The notes below the pieces were generated by a model. It saw only the letters and a program-made list of their open reading frames with translations, was not told where the DNA came from and did no database searches. A stretch of 64,000 nt of DNA from Rhodosorus marinus CCMP1338 (Eukaryota > Plantae > Rhodophyta), in NCBI GenBank assembly GCA_029953675.1, contig JAMWBK010000006.1, forward strand, positions 2,408,616 through 2,472,615. The letters are read 5' to 3'. How positions within the stretch are numbered: position 1 is the first letter of the stretch; each line of letters starts with the position of its first letter. This document shows positions 55,575-64,000 of this stretch, piece after piece. The position numbers were made by a program, and so were the translations under genes.

Positions 55575-55699
55575 CAGAAAAACCGTTGGTGAAGACAAAC
55601 CCCAGAAAAACCGTTGGTGAAGACAAACCTCAGAAAAACCGTTGGTGAGGACAAACCCCAGAAAAACCGTTGGTGAAGACAAACCCGAGAAAAACCGTT
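55575..55699. repeat. 28-bp minisatellite, about 4.5 units
   Basis: CAGAAAAACCGTTGGTGAAGACAAACCC starting at 55575, 55603, 55631, 55659 and 55687. Confidence 0.93.
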
Positions 55700-56166
55700 C
55701 AAGTCTCTCTAAAGTCATGAAAACCCAAAACGGGTCTTTTAGGAGCAAAGCGTTTCTGAGGCAAAAAGAGTAAAAACCAGAATATCGTTAGAATCTTAGT
55801 AGATTGCTGGCTTCAATTTGTTGATTAGTAAAGTCCAGTTGAATAGGCCGGGCTCTTGGAGACCAGGCTGTCGAAGGCCGACTCGCATCCTGGCTTCGTG
55901 GCGGTATGAAAACGGGTATATGAACTACGGTTGGTGCTTTTGAGTGGCTATGGTGGCGAAGGAGCACGCTGAAGGCCCGCGCGAGATTGTTGTGAAGAGT
56001 GTTCGTACACGTTGAGGGGAAGGTGTCGTGGCCGGGAAGGGGTTGGGGTCGACATATTAGGTGAGCACTCACGAGGATTGAACAAATTTGGTTAAATCAA
56101 GACTGAAAAAAAGAAGAGTCCGACGCTTGAAGTGTTCTCGTCGAAGATTTCGAACTATAGTAGCCA

Positions 56167-57390
56167 TGTTCGCCATGGGTAGAATCATCACGTTCCTTCT
56201 GTTAAGTCTGACGCTGCTGGTGACGGTGAGATCTACCGGAGCGGATTCTGCGGATTCAACGTGCTCTGATGAGCCGCAGTTTACACGCTTTGCTCCTGCT
56301 TCCAATCGCTTTATAGCGAATTTGCAAACCAAAAAAGGTTCTGTCGTCGCGACGATCACTATGGATGTCGTGGCGAGGAACAACACAAACTGCTTTCTTG
56401 CGACGTTTACAGCTGCGGCATCGTCGAGCAGTCTGCTGAAGCTCAGGGCAGGAATCTTCACGACAGCAGGGGATCTTCCCACCGGTATGAATAGGGTCAC
56501 AAGGAGGAAGCTCGTTCCTCAACTCGACCCTTTGAGCAACCCCAGGAGCGAAATGTTCATCTGTCCCATGAATATGGTGCGGCGGAATACAGATTCTTGC
56601 TGTGGACTGCTTGAATTTTTAGCATTTGTCCAAATCCGTGTTGCTCGTTCGAGCGGTACCAAAATTGTAACGGGGTATCTAACGCCGACTGGACGTACAA
56701 ATCGGCCATGCCGAGTCCAAGACCCGGCGAACCCTTTCCGCTACGTCTGTACATTGGAAACCGTCTGTACACCGGAACCCACCTGCGAGTGTGCCCCGGG
56801 CACCTGCCGAGGAGAGGATGGGAGTTGCATTCTTATTAGTGACTTTTCTGCAAACTGTGCAAATAATCAGGTGTGCCCACCTGCCCTTCTCCGTGCTCTC
56901 CCGTCGACCTTTTGGCGAAGCAGAAACAAGTCTGACCATGTCTCCCTGATTCGTTCCCCTCTGCTCATGTTTCGTATAGTTTGCTGCGGCGAACCCCGAG
57001 AACGAAGCGTGTGAATGCGCGGATCTTGAGTGCTCAGGATCGGAATGCATCGAAGACGGACAATGCGTCGGAGCTAGAGGGTGGGGCCAGCAATGCCCTT
57101 CTGGCGAGGTATGTCCGTGGACTCTCAACCACAAGTAAACCGAACGGTAATTTACGTTCGTAGATGTGGCTCAGAACAAATCTTTCTGTGTCCCGTTTTT
57201 GTATCAAGTTTGGAGCAGCGGATGATGCGGGGATATGTAGTTGCCAAGACACTTGTCCGCCCGGGAGATGTCTTGACGTCGTCAGCAAAGTTTGTGTGGG
57301 TCCTAATCCCGGCAATTGTCGCCAGAGTTCCGCGGTATGAGAGATTTGCAACTGGGTCATATTGCACAAATCGAATTACTCACAATAACT
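56167..57390 (+). CDS. Secreted protein with N-terminal globular domain and Cys-rich (EGF-like) repeats; C-terminal part frameshifted
   Basis: MFAMGRIITFLLLSLTLLV signal peptide; CTPEPTCECAPGTC..C..C. Further Cys-rich units (CECADLECSGSECIEDGQC; CQDTCPPGRC) lie in other frames after about 56885. The end is uncertain. Confidence 0.65.
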
Positions 57391-57859
57391 TGGGTATTCA
57401 CACGGTTCACGCACATAGTTCCAATTCTTGGATCCAGATACGGGCTTTTGTCTTTGTTTGCAAGGCTGTAATAACTGTGCGCCGGGATCTGTACGTTTGT
57501 TTCCCCATTCTGACATCACGCGTGTTCGCCTTTCGAATTGCGATGGACTGCGTCAGTGTTCCTGTCACGAAAACTGAGAAAAAAAAACTAACATGTAATA
57601 TGGATCTAATTGTCGTCATGTAGGTGCCCACACCGACGGCGGATAAGAGCCGGTGTGAATGTGTTTCCCAGATTGACCCGTGACCTGATCGTACTAGCCA
57701 ATTTTCGCGAGAAAGTAAGAGCATGAATTTTCCTCAACGCAGAACGCGAATCTCTCCTGGACTTTACACATAGTCTGTAACACCCCACCGAGCTAGAAAA
57801 GTAAAGGAAAAGCTACACACGCTGCCGCTCACGCAAGGTTACTCAGCTCTCCCTTCACA

Positions 57860-58480
57860 CCGCCTCCATCACCGCCGCCTTGACGTCGATGGCCTACTAC
57901 TTATCTATGCGGTGATGACGAACGGTAATGACGGGGCGAAGACGACTCCCTCAAAAAAACCATAAGACTCGATCTGAACATCAGGGAGGTGTCACAGGGG
58001 ACAGTGGCGCGCGAGTTCATCACGAATGCGATTATGGCGCAGAGTCCAATTCCCGCCCAAGGTAGAACAGTGAAATAGTCCCATCCGATGCGTGAGGCTT
58101 GGCACAGACGTTGCATTCAGGGGGGGATTGATGGAGGCAGCAGCTGCATCGCCTGCGGGAAGCGCCTTAGACCAAAGAGCGAGCTTTCGAATACGAGCAA
58201 AAGTGCGGGAGTTGAGGCGGGAAGTTGTCCATCGCCTAGCCAGCGAGAGCTGCAGTTCCAGTTGATCCGTTGAGCTGGCGAGATCCTCAAGATGTTCGGC
58301 ATTAGGCCCCGGGACACGCAGTATCCAGACGGCTCATAAAAGGGATTGCCAGCGGCATTATTCCGAAGCCCGCGGAGCCACGCGGCATAAGAAGCAATCG
58401 GGTGAATGCGAACGCTCGTAGCCAGGCCAAGCCCTCCCCACTTGCCAGGTAATCGAATTTGGGTTTTCACTGTATTAGGT
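57860..58480 (-). mobile_element. Subfamily A2 fragment, internally deleted
   Basis: TQIRLPGKWGGLGLATSVRIHP...AIDVK; parallels 46830-48095. Confidence 0.8.
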
Positions 58481-58499
58481 GAGAGGAGCATTGGGGTTT

Positions 58500-58960
58500 T
58501 GTTTCTTTTTCGGTCACGAGCGTGTTCGTTTACGGGAAGCGCTTCCTTTGGTACGCCTTCCCCCCGTTTTTCAGGGGTGCGTCGTTTGCAATTGCAACTA
58601 CTTCTGTCTTCCGGGTGAGAGTGTTGCGGGGCCTTTCCTATTTGGGTTGGGTGTGTCGATTATTCTCTCGTTGAGGTCTCATATTGGTGGTGCAACGTTT
58701 CCTTTGCGCTTTCCCTCAGGATGGTAGGGATATCTCCGCGCTCGACGGAGCCTCATCCCAAGGAGGCACTGCCAGGTGGGGGACTCCGTGTTCGCCTCAG
58801 CTGCGGCACCTTTTCTTCCGAGGTTGACTTGGAGACCGCTTCTGGCACCCAGGCGCGTGCACTTATCTTCGTTGTCACCAGCCTGATAACGGCTGCGAGT
58901 GATCGTGGAGTGCTTCCTCAGCTCACCCAGAAGCTAGGTGGGCTGGAATCGGGGCCGCTG
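58500..58960 (+). mobile_element. Diverged 5' UTR and ORF1 start of a C-like element (possibly family B)
   Basis: MVGISP..RVRLSCGTFS..VTSLITAAS aligns by eye to MVGVSP..RVELSVGGFS..LTSLLVTAS. Confidence 0.65.
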
Positions 58961-59026
58961 GCCAGGCCAAATTCAAATTCGGACGAGAATTTGAATTGCA
59001 CCAGAGTGGCAGCGTTGGCTGAAGGC

Positions 59027-60688
59027 AGTCGGGTTTGGAGTGGCTGCGGAAATGTTTTGCTGAGCATCCTGTTGAATATTTGGAACTTTTGCGTCGTTTA
59101 AGCGTGTCTCTGTGGCGCTACTCGAGCAGCATGCTTGGTCAGGCGCGCCATAGGCGCCTGGGTTTGCACGCTTCCCTACCTAGTTCTTAGTCCCTTTTCA
59201 CGCCTTGCGTAGCGCTTCAGGCTATGCTAATAAAGTCCACCCACTCTGCGACTAATCAGCGAACGTGAAGGGTTCGAACACCACGGCGTCGGATTGGGGA
59301 CTGACAACTTTGTCCAAGCATCCTGCGAGCGAGTTTTGGCACGGCACAAGTCCACCCACTCTGCGACTAATCAGCGAACGTGAAGGGTTCGAACACCACG
59401 GCGTCGGATTGGGGACTGACAACTTTGTCCAAGCATCCTGCGAGCGAATTTTGGCACGGCACAAGCAACTCACCGACGCCATTGAGCACCTACCCGACAG
59501 CATGCTGCAATCGGCCTGCTTGCTTTCCCGCTTTTGTGCCGGTCCCAGACTCAACTACTGGTTGCGCAGCCTGCCTCCAGCTTGGGGCTCGTGGATCGCG
59601 GCTAAAGCCGACGAAATGACCCTGCAACACTGGGGAACGCTCTTGGATGAGCCCCTCGATCTTGAAGCTGCTCCCGACAGGGACTTTATTCGTGCACAGA
59701 TCGCTCTACCGTTGCGATTAGGGGGATTCGGCGTCGCTGACCGTGGGCTGGTATGCTCGCCAGCGGCGGTTGCCTCCTGGGCTACCACGCTGCGAACGTT
59801 GGTGACCTTCCAGATGCGAAGTGCCTGCCTCTTGGCTCGAGCTTTGACCAACGAGGATCCAGTGACCCTGCCGCCCCCGCTTTTGACAATTTATGATGGT
59901 CTTCAACACGCGTTCAGGAGGTGCAACGCCGTGCCGGACGCAAATCGGTCCCGCTTTCGTTCCTGGAGGGAGCTGTTATGGGGACGAGCTGAAGCGATTG
60001 AGGATTGTCCCCTCGACCGAGTTCTTGCCGATGACGGAGAGGCCAGCCCCGGGTCACCTGTTGCAGACTACCCGTGTTTGAGCCGATTGTGGAGCTCCCG
60101 CACTGATGTGATTCAACATAGCCTCACCTGGGGCCAACACAGTGCCGCTCACACAGTCATGCTCAATTCCTCCTCTCACGCCGCCTACCACTGCCGCTCG
60201 TCTCCGCGGCATGGGAGGCCACCTCTCGCACTTGTGTTTAACCACTCTACCGTCGTCATTGAGTCATCGTCTCGATGCTTTCCAGTTCCGTTCTGCCGCA
60301 CGGATCTATCTCGGTTTGCCACAGGCTCCGTGGCACTCTAATCGGCCGTCTTTCTGTCAGGGATGTGAGAGCCGGATTGACGCTAGTGGCTACCACTTCC
60401 TGGGTTCCTGCGGACTGTTACGAGGTCTCCGTACGAGGCGTCACACTCGCCTCAAGTACATCCTCAGCGAATCTTTGACTCGGATAGGGCATACGGTTGA
60501 GGTTGAGTCGGAACTGCCCAGATCCATCTCGGACTCTGCACCGCCCCGTTGTATAGCCGATCTCCTCGTCTCCGACGCTGCTGCCAGACGCTCAACATAT
60601 GTGGACCTTGCGATTACCTGCCCCGTGGCCAGCGCCCACCTCACCGCAGCCGCCCGCCGCCGGGGGCCGCGGCTTCAGCCCTTCGAAG
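59027..60688 (+). mobile_element. Family B 3' end followed by 5'- and 3'-truncated B copy with 115-bp tandem duplication
   Basis: Tail ends TAATAAAGTCC at 59238. 59233-59347 is duplicated at 59348-59462. Near-identical to 48860-50190 and cut within the REL. Confidence 0.9.
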
Positions 60689-60714
60689 AGTCTGGGGTTA
60701 CGTTAGTCTGGGGT

Positions 60715-61653
60715 ACCCAAAAACTCCTCTCCAACTGGAGTCACCGACGGGCATTCGAGGAAATGGTGGAGAACGCGGAGATCAGCGAGACGGCACGTGC
60801 GCGAATACGCTCCTGCAAGGGATCAGGAGGCGGTACTTGGCTGCGAGACTTGCCAATGAAACACGGACGCGGCCTAAGTAGCGGAGAACTGAACCTGAGC
60901 CTTCGACAACTGTTGGGATTGCCCCTGCCGGGTGTACGAATACTTAGTACGTGTACGATATGTTCCCAACCACACGACGCTGCAGGCATTCAACGCCTTC
61001 ACCACTGCACCAGCTCTACCGGCAGTTGGACAATTCGGCATAACATGGTCAGGGACGCCCTGGCGACAGTGCTGAGACAATGGCGACTAGAAGTGACAAT
61101 AGAACCGACCGGACACTACCAAGGCAGTCGGCTTCGGCCTGACATTCTAGCCCGACACCCACGAACAGGCAAGCTCTACGTGATCGATGTGAAGGTGACC
61201 TCGCCTTTGCAAAGAACACACCTCCACAAAGCGTCTTGGGAGACCGGGTATGCGGCACGGAAAGCGGAAAAGTTTAAAGAGTCCAAATACCGTGACAGTA
61301 TCGGAGAACATAACGACGACATCTTCGTCCCCTTCTGCCTGGAAACATTTGGGCAGATGGGACAACAAGCGAGTGAGTTCCTCAAGGAAGCGACTATACA
61401 CCTGGATCAGCGGGCAACGCAAGTAAGTGAGGCTCGGGCGATCTTGAACCGCACTTTGTGGAAAGGAAACGCTATCCTTGCCACCCAGGCTCGTCGTGTC
61501 GACGAAGCAGACTATGACATCGTCCCTATCTTCGAACGTAGCCACACAACCCATTAGGGGTTTCTTTGCTGACCAATAGGATCCTTATTGCTTCTTAATG
61601 GGCTCCAATAGGGAGTTCTTCAGTAAAGTGTACGCGGTTACGTTAGTCTGGGG
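60715..61653 (+). mobile_element. Family A 5'-truncated copy flanked on both sides by 16-mer tracts
   Basis: WLRDLP, CTICSQPH..LHHC, IRHN, LRPDI, YVIDVK, KESKY and PFCLETFG. Preceded by 60689-60714 and ending in GGTTACGTTAGTCTGGGG (61636-61653). Confidence 0.92.
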
Positions 61654-64000
61654 CAATTCCTCTTCTCCAAAGCGCAATCAGCCGGGGTGTGTTCCGGACT
61701 GGGATTTTCGGATCCTTTACCATGCGACACCCCGATCGACAGGTGAGCCTGTACACCGGGCACGGTTTAGAGGCGGATAACCTGCTGGGGTTCAACGAGC
61801 GGCAACGACTCGCCGGCGGAGATGTCAGGGCTCAAACGCTGAGACGAGCGATCGAGCAGATCATACGCATCCGCGCGCGGCTGAGCCGTCGACATCTCTC
61901 GTTTACAACTCTCGCCCGAGTGCACGAGATGCTGGACCAACGGCTTGAAAAGTTACAAGCCCTTCAACAGCAACCTGCGGTATCCAGGGAGAGCGCGGAA
62001 CCCTAACGACTGCAGCCGCACCAAACGCAGCCGCTGAAGCCTCGTCGTCTCCGGACGATGCACAGGCAGCCTGTGGGACTGTTGCCACTCAGGGTGACTC
62101 CGGTGGAACATCCCAAGTACCGCAGGATGTGGAAGAAGAGGACAATCCCCATGCGGAACTCTCGTGCAACTTGCCGGAACCTCCTCAACTTAAGCGCTCG
62201 CGCCGGTCTGCCAACGGATCTAGCACGGATGCAGAAATGACACCAGCTCCCCTCGACCCCACACCGAGCGAGAATGGACTACAACCTGAAACTGCAGCCA
62301 ATACAAACCCGTCGGTTCAGCAGGAAGCGCAGGACAACGAGCAATCATAATGCCGTCCAGACGCAGGGGACGTAAACGCCCACGAGAAGAGCCTCTGTTC
62401 TTCTCTGACCGGGAGGCCTGGATTTGCCGCTGGAACGCTTTCGTAGCTGAGATCACGGAGGAGGGGAGGCATTGGACGCGCATCACACATTGCCCGTGCC
62501 CACACGACACTTCGTGCCCCGAGCACACGTTTCTACATGGAGCCGGCTTCTTCGGGCTGCCCTCGAGCTTTCTCTGGACGCGACAGCACCTCCATTAGCG
62601 AGCCTGCTTCTCGTCGGCCTTCCGGGTCTGGTCCTGGGCCACTCCACCCTTGACACAGGGGTACAGGTCGCACATGTACTAGAAGGAGAGTTCCAGCGGG
62701 TCTGGACGGCCCTTGAGGAGAAAGCCGCCTCAATGAAACCCCCACCTACACCACACGGTGCCGAAGACGTTCGTCGACGAGTCGATGGCCGCCGCAAACA
62801 AGCACTTAAACTAGCACGACTCGGCCGCCTCTCGGATGCTGCAAGAAGACTCGAGGCCACCGAAATGGCGCCTTTTTCACAGCGGCTACCTGGCGGCAAC
62901 TACAACAGCTCTTTCCGAGCCCCGCCAGTGTGGATTCACCGGTGGAGATTGTGGAAGCCCTCCAAGGCCTACTCGACGGACAACGACACACTGAAGAGGC
63001 GGTGGGATCCAAAATGGCTGCCGACGAAGGCCTCCTCTCAATCGTGGCACGACTACCTCAAGGACGAGCCCTGGACCGAGTGGAATGCGCGCGGAACATT
63101 TGCAAGGGGCGAACCAACAGACTCAGGTAGCACTGATTCGGGTCTTGCGCCAACTCGCCACCGCGCCCGGGCGATTCTCACCCCTTCTGCTACGAGCCTT
63201 GCGTAGCAGTAGACTTCTGCCTTTCTCGAAGCCAGCACAGGGGGGGTAACTCCCAGGCCAAGGCAGGATCCGCCCAATAGGCGTGCCGGAGGTCCTACGC
63301 AAAGTGGCAACTCAGTGGGCGCTGCGGGAGCGGTGATGGACCGGGTCCGCGAGCTGTTGGTGCCGTTGCAGCTGGGAATCGGGGTCAGCGGTGGCTGTGA
63401 ACGGTCACTGCACGCCATCCAGGCCCACCTGTCATGTGAACCAGACTCGGTTGCACTTCGACTGGACCTCGAGAACGCCTTTAACCGCATTGACAGGCGA
63501 ATTGCCAAGAAACTGGTGGCCCCAGCACTTCCCTGAGCTCACAGCGGTGTATAGGCTCGATATGGAGGCGATGGGGAAACACCGACGCTTTGTGGATGGC
63601 GGACGACGCAAGAAGACAACCACACACAAGGACAGACTGACGCTGCAAGCAGAAACCGAGTACAACAAGGCGACCCTTTAGGTCCGGTGCTACATGCGCT
63701 CTCCTGGCCCCTTTTTCTCAAGGCACTCAGCAACAAGTTTCAGTCACGATCGTCGCCATCCATGACGACATCACTCTGGTCGGCGCATTGCCTATATTGA
63801 AGGAGGCTCTCCAATGGGGACAGACCCTGCTACCGTGCCTTGGAGCCCGCCTGCAGCTCAGCAAATGCAGCCTTTATGGTCGATCCCTCACCACTACACG
63901 CTTGGTGAACCCACGTGCGATTCCCGGCGTGCAAGTGACTAGGAAGGCCTCACAATCCACTCCCATCCCCCATCGGCACTCGGCAGTACATCGAGCACGA
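61654..64000 (+). mobile_element. Family A copy: ORF1 C-half, TAATG junction, ORF2 RT (frameshifted), runs off window
   Basis: FRTGIFGSF, NPHAELSCNL, TAATG at 62348-62352, QLGIGVSGGCE, LDLENAFNRIDR, VQQGDPLGP and IHDD. Confidence 0.9.

Overview
Eukaryotic nuclear DNA with short GT-AG introns and plastid-targeted phosphoribulokinase. The style suggests a unicellular red alga (inference). The left half (1-33 kb) is gene-rich: EF-hand/protein kinase, a rhomboid-like membrane protein, PRK, cobalamin-dependent methionine synthase (METH), CTR9, an FG-GAP protein, a Ty1/copia remnant and a three-copy sulfatase cluster (intact, pseudogene, stub). The right half (33.8-64 kb) is a nest of at least three families (my labels A, B, C) of two-ORF non-LTR retrotransposons with RT, CCHC finger and restriction-like endonuclease (CRE-like), plus two secreted-protein genes. 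Main discovery: a 16-bp G-rich unit (GGGGTTACGTTAGTCT) recurs at about a dozen element junctions, almost always on the + strand. Its exact complement occurs as 16+6 nt (CTAACGTAACCCCAGACTAACG, 2866-2887) inside a highly foldable intergenic segment downstream of a TATA box, which is the architecture of a telomerase RNA template. The window may therefore hold a candidate telomerase RNA gene, a non-canonical 16-nt telomere repeat, and a subtelomere-like array of retroelements associated with that repeat. All of this was read by eye; element boundaries are approximate and nothing was checked against databases.
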